Below, piece after piece: positions 1 to 8,264 of a stretch of 64,000 nt of DNA (position 1 is the first letter of the stretch; each line of letters begins with the position of its first letter). The position numbers and the translations under genes are program-made. This DNA comes from Candidatus Hydrogenedentota bacterium (GTDB taxonomy: Bacteria > Hydrogenedentota > Hydrogenedentia > Hydrogenedentales > SLHB01): the NCBI GenBank assembly GCA_963668025.2, contig CAXXTH010000010.1:64001-128000 (forward strand), read 5' to 3'. Below the pieces are notes generated by a model that was given only the letters and a program-made list of their open reading frames with translations, was not told where the DNA came from and made no database searches.

Positions 1-253
1 ATGATACCAGAACGGCGCTGGGCTAGGAAAGCTGTATACATCCGCTGCCGCCACATGGAGATAGGCGCGCTCGCCATCGCCACTGCGAAACTCGCCGCGT
101 AATACGCTCCGGCGCGAAGGAGCGGTGGGAGTGAACACAGCGGCGTGGATTACGAACAACACCAAGGAAGACATCAAAGCCATTGTGCGCCACGGGGCAG
201 GTGCGGTGAAGAAGGCCGCTTTCGGGATATGGCCGCTTTCGGGATATTTAAAA

Positions 254-276
254 ACATTAACACGATATGTTAATGT
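254..276. promoter_or_regulatory. Palindromic operator upstream of the higBA-like TA operon
   Basis: Perfect 9-bp inverted repeat ACATTAACA-N5-TGTTAATGT just before the RBS (CAGGAG) and GTG start at 294; typical of antitoxin autoregulation. Confidence 0.6.
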
Positions 277-293
277 AAATCAGGAGATAACCT

Positions 294-638
294 GTGGAGA
301 TATTTTTCCGAACACGGCAATTGCAACGCATCTGTTCCGAGGAGCGGGAAATGAGCAAAGTACTCGGACAGCAAATGGCCACGAAGCTTAAGCAGCGGCT
401 CATGGAGCTGCGTGCGGCTGATTCGTTGGCGGAGATTTCCCATTTGCCGCCAGCACGATGCCATGAGGAAAGCCAGAACAGGGCGGGACAGTTTTCCGTA
501 GATCTGGCACATCCAATGAGACTGATTTTTATACCCGCTAACGACCCAGTCCCACGAAAGGCCGACGGCGGAGTAGACCGCTCACAGGTTACCGAAATCG
601 AGATTATCGAAATAGTTGACCCACATCCGAAGAGGTGA
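294..638 (+). CDS. higB: HigB/RelE-like toxin (plasmid maintenance system killer family)
   Basis: 114 aa, MEIFFRT...RAGQFSVDLAHPMRLIF...IIEIVDPH pattern; lies directly upstream of the antitoxin. Confidence 0.8.
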   Translation: MEIFFRTRQLQRICSEEREMSKVLGQQMATKLKQRLMELRAADSLAEISHLPPARCHEESQNRAGQFSVDLAHPMRLIFIPANDPVPRKADGGVDRSQVTEIEIIEIVDPHPKR

Positions 639-640
639 AC

Positions 641-1717
641 ATGAAAGCGCTCAAGACATACCCATTTGAACCTGACTACGCGGTTTCGCCGGGAGAGACG
701 TTGCGTGAAGTCATGGAGTCGCTTGGCATGACCCAGGCGGAACTGGCAACCCGTACAGGACTCACTGTTCAAACATTGAATCGCATTTTCAATGGCATCC
801 AGCCAATCACGTATGAGACGGCCAACAAACTTGAGCTCGTGACTGGCGTGTCGGCGCGAATGTGGAACAACTTGGAGGCCCAGTACCGGGAGCAATTGAC
901 GACGCTTGAGGAACGCGAGAACCTGAAGGCTGACTGTGCATGGCTCAAAACCATTCCGACCAAGGAGCTGATTGAACGAGGCCTACTCACGGATGAACCG
1001 GATGCGGTGGCGCTTCTACGAAGCGCACTGGCCTTTTACCAAGTAAGCAGTGTAGAGGCATGGCATGCGATTTGGGGGGAACCTAAGGTGGCCGCGCGGC
1101 GTTCGCCCTGCTTCGAGACACGGATAGGCCCTGCTTCGGCATGGATTCGGCAAGGGGAACTCAAAGCGCAGGCCATACAGTGCCAGCCCTATGACAGGGA
1201 ACGATTCCAGGAAGTCTTGCCGATTATCCGGGGACTCACGAGAGAAACCCCGAAGGTGTTCGAGCCCGAGATGAAGCGCCTTTGCGCCAGCGCAGGCGTT
1301 GCGGTGGCGTTGGTCCGGGAGATGAAGAAAGTGCCGTGGAATGGCGCCACGAAATGGCTGGGAGCGCACAAAGCGATGATACTGCTGTGTCTGCGCGGCA
1401 AAGGAGAAGACCGTTTTTGGTTTTCGTTCTTCCACGAAGCCAGCCATATTCTGAACGACAACAAGAAGCTGTTTATCAACGATGGCACCGAGGATGACTT
1501 TTGTGAACGGCGGGCCAATCTATTTGCCGCCAATACGTTGATTCCCTCGCAGTACAATGACCGCATATGCGCATGCACCACGGACAGGGAGATTGTGGAC
1601 CTTGCGAACGAGCTCGGTATCGCGCCAGGGATTGTGGCGGGAAGGCACCAACATCTGACTCAGAAATGGTCCCATTTCAAGAACCTGATTCGACAGTTGC
1701 AGTGGGAAGCCTCCTAG
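641..1717 (+). CDS. higA: HigA-family XRE HTH antitoxin fused to an ImmA/IrrE-like metallopeptidase domain
   Basis: N-terminal SPGETLRE...MTQAELA HTH; C-terminal FWFSFFHEASH (HExxH) and ExxAN motif. Confidence 0.8.
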   Translation: MKALKTYPFEPDYAVSPGETLREVMESLGMTQAELATRTGLTVQTLNRIFNGIQPITYETANKLELVTGVSARMWNNLEAQYREQLTTLEERENLKADCAWLKTIPTKELIERGLLTDEPDAVALLRSALAFYQVSSVEAWHAIWGEPKVAARRSPCFETRIGPASAWIRQGELKAQAIQCQPYDRERFQEVLPIIRGLTRETPKVFEPEMKRLCASAGVAVALVREMKKVPWNGATKWLGAHKAMILLCLRGKGEDRFWFSFFHEASHILNDNKKLFINDGTEDDFCERRANLFAANTLIPSQYNDRICACTTDREIVDLANELGIAPGIVAGRHQHLTQKWSHFKNLIRQLQWEAS

Positions 1718-1727
1718 ATCCTTATCA

Positions 1728-1762
1728 CGCAAAGGCGCGAAAAACTACTTTCCTCCGCGCCT
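1728..1762. repeat. REP-like palindrome interrupted by IS110 (left arm CGCAAAGGCGCGAA; right arm broken after CCGCGC-CT)
   Basis: Reverse complement of 1728-1741 is TTCGCGCCTTTGCG; the right arm TCCGCGCCT ends at the inferred IS110 core. Confidence 0.65.
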
Positions 1763-1882
1763 TATATGATCAGCAGACCGGTATTTGATTGACAAAAGAC
1801 GCCGTAGCAGCTTTTTCTTTTTGGTTCTTTTTCTTTTAAGCCCGCTGTTAAAACGGTGGATAACTTTTCGCAGAAACGACTT

Positions 1883-2062
1883 TTCTTCCGCCCGGCCAGG
1901 TGGAAGAATAGGATGGGAGGCGGAGACGGTTCGCGCCATGGGACATATGAGAAGCCCGCCGCAAAGATAGATCCCGCCTCTCATCCGAACGTGGCCGCCG
2001 CTGAAGACCGGAGATTATCCTGGGGAACAGCCCCGGATCCATAAGAGTGGTCAGGCGGTCAC
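1883..2062 (+). ncRNA. IS110 bridge RNA (5' hairpin, target-binding loop, donor-binding loop)
   Basis: Stems 1883-1892/1899-1908, 1911-1923/1974-1986 and 1991-1999/2054-2062; loop segments TTCGCGCC, CGCAAAG and ATAAG match the flanking target and junction, and AGATTATC sits at the left donor-guide position. Confidence 0.8.
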
Positions 2063-2085
2063 CTAACGAACAGGAGTATTATATC

Positions 2086-2193
2086 ATGAAACAGCACCCG
2101 GAAAATGTGAACTGGGCAGGCCTTGATGTGTCCGCAAAACACTTCGATGCGGCGCTGGCCCGCAAAGACCAGCGTTTCCCCTCCACCCCATAA
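2086..2193 (+). pseudogene. IS110 recombinase N-terminal fragment (35 aa)
   Basis: AGGAG RBS then MKQHPENVNWAGLDVSAKHFDAAL, the first catalytic Asp motif (GxDVSK-like) of DEDD RuvC-like IS110 enzymes; the stop lies inside the IS4 terminal repeat. Confidence 0.75.
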
Positions 2194-3534
2194 GCGCTAA
2201 CCTTATATTGCCTCCATCAAACCACGCAACTGTTGCATTCGCTTCCTTGGGGGCTCTGCCAGATCTCTCGCGATTTCCCGCCACTGGCTGATGCATTCGG
2301 ATAATCCAAGCGTCGGATTGACCGCTTGGCGAAGGAGGTGCAAGGCGAAAGAGAGTTCGCGCCACAAGGAGGCCTCGCGGTAGATATCGTCACAGTGGAT
2401 ATCCCCAGGGGGAAAAAAAGCGCCCCTCATCAACAATGGCCTGGGCAAGGCAGGAGACAAGCATTTTGCCGTGGAGCCAAGCCTTGGCCGACTCCTCGTC
2501 TTCCTTTGGCAAGTGTCCCAATCCCATAATCGACTTCATCCGTTTGAAGGCCAACTCCACCTGCCAGCGCGCCCGGTACAACTCGATAACCTGGTGCGGC
2601 GATATTGAATCCGGCAAGGATGTGGCCAGTATGACGTAGCGATGCAGCACAAGCGTTTCGGGATCCAGACTCCGTTGCTTCTTGCTTAGCTCTTTCTTCG
2701 CCCGGCGGATGCTTTGCGCGGCGGCTTCCTCGCTCAAACGCAGCGCACAGATCCGTAGCGCCAGCTCCTCCTGCCCCTTTGCCTGGCCAATCAGGGCCCA
2801 ATCACCCACTTCCCCTACCTCTAGAGACGCCACCAATCCAGCCAGTGGACAGGTGTTCCCTGCGCCATTCCGAAGACTGAAGGCTTTATTCTTAAGACGC
2901 GTCAGAAAGTTCCCGTTATGGCCGAGCACATAACGAAAACCTTTGAGATGCCCATAAGCACGATCTCCGAGCAATAGGTCGCCAGGCGAGACTCGGAATC
3001 GCGCGAAACTCTCTCCAACCTTCGGGCCGGTAATATGAAACTCATCGCATTGAAGACCGTATAAACATAGGCTGTAGTGAACGCGCCAGTCCGTTCCCGT
3101 GCTTCCCGGTTCGCAGACAACGCTCGCATCCACGACGCGAACACGGTAATACTCCAGCCATGCAGGCCGAACGCACGGTCCCGCGCGACGTTGAAGTATC
3201 TCTACGGCCATCCACCGCAGCCATTCCCCCGAAGCACGCAACCGCTTAAGAAGTGCCACATCCGACACGGACGCCACATTCCCTTCTCGAGCACGAACGA
3301 CAGCCTCACGCAGAGAACACCCATCCGCCAAATGGATCAACAGCAAGCGCAGGAGCGATTCCGTCGACGATATAGAACGAGGCTTGCGGTGCCACGCGCC
3401 CAATTCACGAGCCTTGTCCTCCCATCCAGCAGGGAGAAAACGCTGTAAACACTGCCAATTCTCATTCCACGCTGCTTCCATGCACCCAGTATAGAAGATT
3501 CGTCAGGAGACATCAAATAAGGTTAGCGCTTATG
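2189..3534 (-). mobile_element. IS4-family (IS186/IS421-like) insertion sequence
   Basis: Terminal inverted repeats CATAAGCGCTAACCTTAT at 2189-2206 and 3517-3534, resembling IS186 ends; C-rich and G-rich flanks; no matching target duplication. Confidence 0.85.
2390..3481 (-). CDS. IS4-family DDE transposase
   Basis: VVDAS, LGDRAY and YRARWQVELAFKRMK (Y-2-R-3-E-6-K) signatures. Confidence 0.9.
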   Translation of the reverse strand: MEAAWNENWQCLQRFLPAGWEDKARELGAWHRKPRSISSTESLLRLLLIHLADGCSLREAVVRAREGNVASVSDVALLKRLRASGEWLRWMAVEILQRRAGPCVRPAWLEYYRVRVVDASVVCEPGSTGTDWRVHYSLCLYGLQCDEFHITGPKVGESFARFRVSPGDLLLGDRAYGHLKGFRYVLGHNGNFLTRLKNKAFSLRNGAGNTCPLAGLVASLEVGEVGDWALIGQAKGQEELALRICALRLSEEAAAQSIRRAKKELSKKQRSLDPETLVLHRYVILATSLPDSISPHQVIELYRARWQVELAFKRMKSIMGLGHLPKEDEESAKAWLHGKMLVSCLAQAIVDEGRFFSPWGYPL

Positions 3535-3623
3535 GGGGGGGGGGGTAGATCTTGACATGACAAGCCTCCTTAATCTTGGTTTATCTGGGACACACCAAAC
3601 ATTAGAAGTCATGCGGTACCCTC

Positions 3624-3652
3624 TTTATAGCACACCTAGGCGCACCTGTCAA
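3624..3652 (-). promoter_or_regulatory. Sigma70-type promoter of a gene truncated by the IS4 element
   Basis: Minus strand TTGACA-17 bp-TATAAA, then AAGGAGG RBS and ATG at 3558 (MSRSTPP...) running into the IS end. Confidence 0.55.
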
Positions 3653-3936
3653 GAAGTTTTTTTTCCATATAGCGAAGGCATTCACGGTGGATATAGTGCG
3701 GATATTTGCGATGGGTGTTATGGGTTTTGGGGCAAGGATATTGGGAGTTTAGCCAGGAGGAAACAGTTGACTTGTGTGCGGCTGGTGCAGATTTCTCAGG
3801 GTTATGTAGAGTACTAGGGAACGGAGCCGCGGAAAAGGCCAGCCAATGACTGGCCAAGGAATTTTGGGATTCTTTTAAACTGGAGTAACCGGATACACAA
3901 GATTAGGCAAGAGCGATAGATAAAAACGGAACTTTG

Positions 3937-3965
3937 TTGACAATAGAGGACATTAGAGGTATGTT
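3937..3965 (+). promoter_or_regulatory. Sigma70-type promoter of the HTH-EIIA/ehr operon
   Basis: TTGACA-17 bp-TATGTT; the spacer contains a TAGAGG direct repeat with 10-bp period. Confidence 0.55.
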
Positions 3966-4001
3966 TATGCCGTTTTAACCGGAAATAGGGAGAGTTAGGG
4001 C

Positions 4002-4706
4002 GTGCAACTGCAAGTGAAAGATGTGGCGAAATACTTCGGCGTGACCGAAAAGACCATCTATCGATGGATCGAACAAGACGGCCTCCCGGCGTTCCGCATC
4101 AATAAGCAGTACCGCTTCAATCGTGTCGAAATACTCGAATGGGCCACGGCTCATAAAGTGAATGCGTCCACCCAATCGTTGCGGGACACGGAAGAGGAAT
4201 CGGCTTTTCTCCCGAATCTGGCCGAGGCGCTCGAGGATGGCGGCGTCTATTACCGTATAGATGGGAAAGACAAGGACTCCGTCATGCGCTCGGTGGTGGA
4301 TGTGCTCCGCCTGCCGGAAGCCGTGGACCGGGAGTTTTTATTGCAGGTGTTGCTCGAACGCGAGGCCATGGGCTCGACGTCGGTCGGCGACGGCATTGCC
4401 CTCCCTCATGTTCGCAATCCTATCGTGATGCATATTCCACGTCCCACGATCACCCTATGTTTCCTGGAAAATGCCATCGATTTCAACGCCCTCGATGGCA
4501 AGCCGGTGAATACGTTGTTCACGATCGTGAGCCCCACCATTCGCTCCCATTTGCACGTGATTTCCTGCCTGGCGTTCGCGCTGCGGGACGCCGAATTCAA
4601 GCGCGTGGTGATGGAGCAGGCATCGCGCGAAGTCATCCTCTCGGAAGCCCGGCGCGTCGCGGCGTCGCTGGCCGCGCCTCAGTCCGCTACAGGAAAGGCG
4701 GACTGA
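4002..4706 (+). CDS. Excisionase-type HTH (HTH_17) fused to a PTS EIIA (PtsN/Fru-type) domain
   Basis: VKDVAKYFGVTEKTIYRWI...LPAFRI...YRF HTH; REAMGSTSVGDGIALPH phospho-His motif. Confidence 0.85.
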   Translation: MQLQVKDVAKYFGVTEKTIYRWIEQDGLPAFRINKQYRFNRVEILEWATAHKVNASTQSLRDTEEESAFLPNLAEALEDGGVYYRIDGKDKDSVMRSVVDVLRLPEAVDREFLLQVLLEREAMGSTSVGDGIALPHVRNPIVMHIPRPTITLCFLENAIDFNALDGKPVNTLFTIVSPTIRSHLHVISCLAFALRDAEFKRVVMEQASREVILSEARRVAASLAAPQSATGKAD

Positions 4707-4709
4707 ACC

Positions 4710-6686
4710 GTGCATCTCGTTCTTGCATCCTTGGCGTGTCTTATCTTTAGCGGATTGCTGTCGTGGATATTCAGCCCATCAAAGCTGGGCGGGCGCATCG
4801 GCGCATGGGGCGGCGTGGCGGGCTGCCTTCTCGGCCTAGCGCCCACGCTCGATGCGTTTCGAAGCGGACTGGCCGCGTCTTTGCGCCTGCCGTGGGATGT
4901 CCCTGGCGGTTCGTTCTATATCGCCCTCGACGCCTTATCGGGACTCTTTCTGCTGCCGATCCTGGGCCTGGCGGCATTGGGCGCTATCTATGGGTCTGGA
5001 TACATGGCCCATCGGAACACGCCGCGCTCCCATTGGTTCTTCTATAACCTGCTCACCGCGGGCATGATGCTCGTCGTGCTGGCGCGCAACGGCCTGCTCT
5101 TTCTGAGCGCATGGGAGATCATGGCGCTGGCGTCCTTCTTCCTGGTCGTTACGGATGATGAACGGGAAAATGTGCGCGAGGCGGGCTGGACCTATCTCGT
5201 GGCGGCGCACCTGGGCGCGGCATTCTTATTGGGCTTTTTCGCCTTGTTGGGCCGTGAAGCCGGAACCCTCGATTTCGATGGGTTTACAGGCATGGCGGCG
5301 CTATCGCCAGGCGTGGCCGGGGCCGCGTTTTTACTGGCCTTGGTGGGATTCGGCTCGAAAGCGGGATTCATTCCCTTCCACATATGGCTTCCCGAGGCCC
5401 ATCCTGCCGCGCCGAGCCATGTCTCCGCCGTCATGTCGGGCGTCATGATTAAAACAGGCATCTACGGCATTGTCCGGGCGCTCACCTTCTTGGGGCCGCC
5501 CCCCGCCTGGTGGGGATGGCTTCTCCTCATCGTGGGCCTTACGAGTGGCATCGGAGGGGTGCTGTTCGCCCTTGCCCAGCATGACCTGAAACGCCTGCTG
5601 GCCTACCATAGCGTCGAGAACATCGGCATCATCACCATGGGCCTGGGGATCGGCTTGCTTGGGTTATCCTATGATGCGCCTCTCGTGGCCGCTCTGGGCT
5701 TCGCGGGCGGCCTGCTGCACATCATCAACCACGCTATATTCAAGGGCCTGCTCTTCCTCGGCGCGGGCAGCGTGATTCACGCCACCGGCACGGGCGATAT
5801 CGATCATCTTGGCGGCCTGTTGAAACGCATGCCCCGGACTGGCCTGGCGTTCCTCATCGGCGCCGCCGCCATTGCAGGCCTGCCGCCGCTCAACGGCTTC
5901 GTCAGCGAATACTTCGTGTTTATGGGTTCTTTCCATGGCGTAGCCTCATCCTCCGCGCGGCTCGCCGTGCCCCTAGCATTGAGCCTTGCCGGTTTAGCAC
6001 TCATCAGCGGCCTTGCGGTGGCATGTTTCGCCAAGGCCTTCGGCATTGTGTTCCTGGGCGAACCGTGCAGCGAACACGCCATGCATGCCCATGAATCGGG
6101 CGGCCTCATGGCGTTCCCGCAACTGGCGCTGGCCGCCGCTTGCGTGGCTATCGGCTTGCTGGCTCCCTTTATGCCCCATGCCATGCAGCCTGTAGTGATG
6201 GCGGCCTGCGGCTTGTCCGCAGACGCCCTTGAGCAGGCCTTCGACACCGTGCTGCCGGGATTGCAGGGCATATCGTTCGCCTTTGGAGGATTCTTCCTGC
6301 TCGTGGGCGTACTGGCGTTGCTGCGGATGCGGCTGCTGGCCAGGCGGCCTGTTACGGAATCCGGAACCTGGGATTGCGGGTATGCCGCACCGACCGCGCG
6401 CATGCAGTACACCGCCTCGTCGTTCGCACAGCCGCTCGTGGACATGTTCCACACCGTGCTACGCACCCGCCGCGCCGCGCATGCGCCCGAAGGGCTGTTC
6501 CCGCAAGCAGGCGCGTTTTCAACCGAGACCCTGGACACGTGCAGGGAGGGCCTGTATCGCCCCTTGTTCACGGGCATCGAGCGCGGCCTGGGCGTCTTGC
6601 GGCGTTTGCAGCATGGTAACCTGCATCTCTACGTGCTGTACATCGCGCTCACGCTGCTGGCGCTGTTGATCTGGAAACTAGGGTGA
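4710..6686 (+). CDS. hyfB: HyfB-like proton-antiporter subunit of the Ehr complex
   Basis: KAGFIPFHIWLPEAHPAAPSHVSA, LKRLLAYHSVENIG and WDCGY motifs. Confidence 0.85.
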   Translation: MHLVLASLACLIFSGLLSWIFSPSKLGGRIGAWGGVAGCLLGLAPTLDAFRSGLAASLRLPWDVPGGSFYIALDALSGLFLLPILGLAALGAIYGSGYMAHRNTPRSHWFFYNLLTAGMMLVVLARNGLLFLSAWEIMALASFFLVVTDDERENVREAGWTYLVAAHLGAAFLLGFFALLGREAGTLDFDGFTGMAALSPGVAGAAFLLALVGFGSKAGFIPFHIWLPEAHPAAPSHVSAVMSGVMIKTGIYGIVRALTFLGPPPAWWGWLLLIVGLTSGIGGVLFALAQHDLKRLLAYHSVENIGIITMGLGIGLLGLSYDAPLVAALGFAGGLLHIINHAIFKGLLFLGAGSVIHATGTGDIDHLGGLLKRMPRTGLAFLIGAAAIAGLPPLNGFVSEYFVFMGSFHGVASSSARLAVPLALSLAGLALISGLAVACFAKAFGIVFLGEPCSEHAMHAHESGGLMAFPQLALAAACVAIGLLAPFMPHAMQPVVMAACGLSADALEQAFDTVLPGLQGISFAFGGFFLLVGVLALLRMRLLARRPVTESGTWDCGYAAPTARMQYTASSFAQPLVDMFHTVLRTRRAAHAPEGLFPQAGAFSTETLDTCREGLYRPLFTGIERGLGVLRRLQHGNLHLYVLYIALTLLALLIWKLG

Positions 6687-7606
6687 TTCAAATGAGCGCG
6701 ACATCCATCATACCGCCGCTCCTGGGGCTGCTGCTCTCGCCTTTGATGCTGGGCGTGATCAATCGTACGAAGGCCTTTTTCGCGGGGCGCAACGGGCAGC
6801 CGCTATTGCAAGTGTATTACGATTTATGGAAGCTCTTGCACAAGGGCGCGGTTTATAGCCGCACCACCACCTGGGTGTTCCGGGCAGGCCCGATAGTGGG
6901 CTTGGCATCGGCGCTTGCGGCGCTGGCCATGCTTCCCTTGGGCGGCATCGCCGCGCCATTGTCCTTCAGCGGCGACCTTATCGCCTTCGCGGGGCTTCTC
7001 GGCCTGATGCGGTTCTTCACGGCCATCGCGGCCCTCGACACGGGTTCAAGCTTCGAGGGCATGGGCGCGAGCCGCGAAGTGCAATTCGCCAGCTTGGCAG
7101 AGCCGGTGTTTTATCTGGCGCTGGCCGTGCTGGTCCAGCGCACGGGCGTGGCGTCGCTCAGCCAGGCGTATGCCTCGATATCCGTAAGCTTGTGGGCCGC
7201 ATCGGGTCCTGCGCTCGCCCTGGCCGCCATTACGCTGTTCGTCGTGTTTTTAACAGAAAACGCCCGCATCCCCATCGACGACCCCACTACGCATCTCGAA
7301 CTGACCATGATCCATGAAGTGATGGTGCTCGACCACAGCGGGCCGGATTTCGCGTTCATTACCTATGGCGCGGCGCTCAAGCATTGGATGCTGGGCGCGC
7401 TGGTGGTGGGGCTCCTTGTTCCCGTACACACGGGCCATGCCATCGTGGACGCCTGCGCTTTCGTGGCGGGGCTTTTTATGCTGGCGGTGCTGGTGGGCGT
7501 GGTGGAGTCCTCGATGGCGCGGCTCCGCCTGCTACGCGTGCCGCAATTGCTCGTGGGAGCAGGCGCATTGAGCGCCTTCGCGCTCATTACCGGACTACTG
7601 AGGTAA
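6683..7606 (+). CDS. hyfC: HyfC/HycD (NuoH-like) membrane subunit
   Basis: GSSFEGMGASRE and ENARIPIDDPTTHLELTMIHE motifs. Confidence 0.85.
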   Translation: MIQMSATSIIPPLLGLLLSPLMLGVINRTKAFFAGRNGQPLLQVYYDLWKLLHKGAVYSRTTTWVFRAGPIVGLASALAALAMLPLGGIAAPLSFSGDLIAFAGLLGLMRFFTAIAALDTGSSFEGMGASREVQFASLAEPVFYLALAVLVQRTGVASLSQAYASISVSLWAASGPALALAAITLFVVFLTENARIPIDDPTTHLELTMIHEVMVLDHSGPDFAFITYGAALKHWMLGALVVGLLVPVHTGHAIVDACAFVAGLFMLAVLVGVVESSMARLRLLRVPQLLVGAGALSAFALITGLLR

Positions 7607-7612
7607 CGCCGT

Positions 7613-8257
7613 ATGCTTGAATGGGTTGATATGTCCATCATGGTGGCCGCTATCGCGAATCTGGCGATTCTGGGCGCGAGCCGCCTAAGCTTTTGCATTC
7701 GCGCCGTGGCGCTGCAAGGCATCGCGCTGGGCTTTTTCACCATTTTCGCCCATGCGGAAGACTTCTCCATTCACATTGCCATATTGGCGCTGATGAGCAT
7801 GCTCATGAAAGGTGTTGTCTTTCCCAAACTCTTATTCCGCAACCTGATTCAAACCGGCGTCCGCCACGAAATGGAGCCTATCGTGGGCTATGCGGCTTCG
7901 ATTCTTTCCGGCATCGCCATGCTGGCCGCCGCATTATGGATTAGCTCCCGCCTGCCCGCCCAAGGGCTCGAGGCCTCGCCTGTCGTGCTTCCCGTCTCGT
8001 TATGGATCATATTCGTCGGGCTATTCATGATCGTTGCCCGGCGCAAGGCCATTACGCAAGTGCTGGGATACTTGGTGCTCGAGAATGGGATCTTCGCTTT
8101 CGGCGTGGCCCTCGTGGGCGGCATGCCTTTCCTGGTCGAGATGGGCGGCTTGCTCGATGTGTTCATGGCGGTATTCGTCATGGGCATCGCCATTTTCCAT
8201 ATCAATCGCGAATTCGAACACATGGATACGGACCGCATGGCGGCCCTGAAGGATTAG
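7613..8257 (+). CDS. hyfE: HyfE-like membrane subunit
   Basis: QVLGYLVLENGI motif, size and operon position. Confidence 0.8.
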   Translation: MLEWVDMSIMVAAIANLAILGASRLSFCIRAVALQGIALGFFTIFAHAEDFSIHIAILALMSMLMKGVVFPKLLFRNLIQTGVRHEMEPIVGYAASILSGIAMLAAALWISSRLPAQGLEASPVVLPVSLWIIFVGLFMIVARRKAITQVLGYLVLENGIFAFGVALVGGMPFLVEMGGLLDVFMAVFVMGIAIFHINREFEHMDTDRMAALKD

Positions 8258-8264
8258 GCGTTAC

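Larger units (their letters stand above)
1761..2193 (+). mobile_element. IS110-family element, left end and truncated recombinase only
   Basis: CT core at 1761-1762, ~325-nt noncoding left end containing a bridge-RNA fold, then the start of a DEDD recombinase. Confidence 0.8.

Noticed and set aside
1-183. Minus-strand open frame (MALMSSLVLFVIHAA...) running off the window edge
   Set aside because: It may be a real gene start but is too short to support or assign.
3534-3545. G12 tract as a phase-variation switch
   Set aside because: It abuts the IS186-like end, a family known to prefer G-rich targets, and the gene containing it is already truncated.
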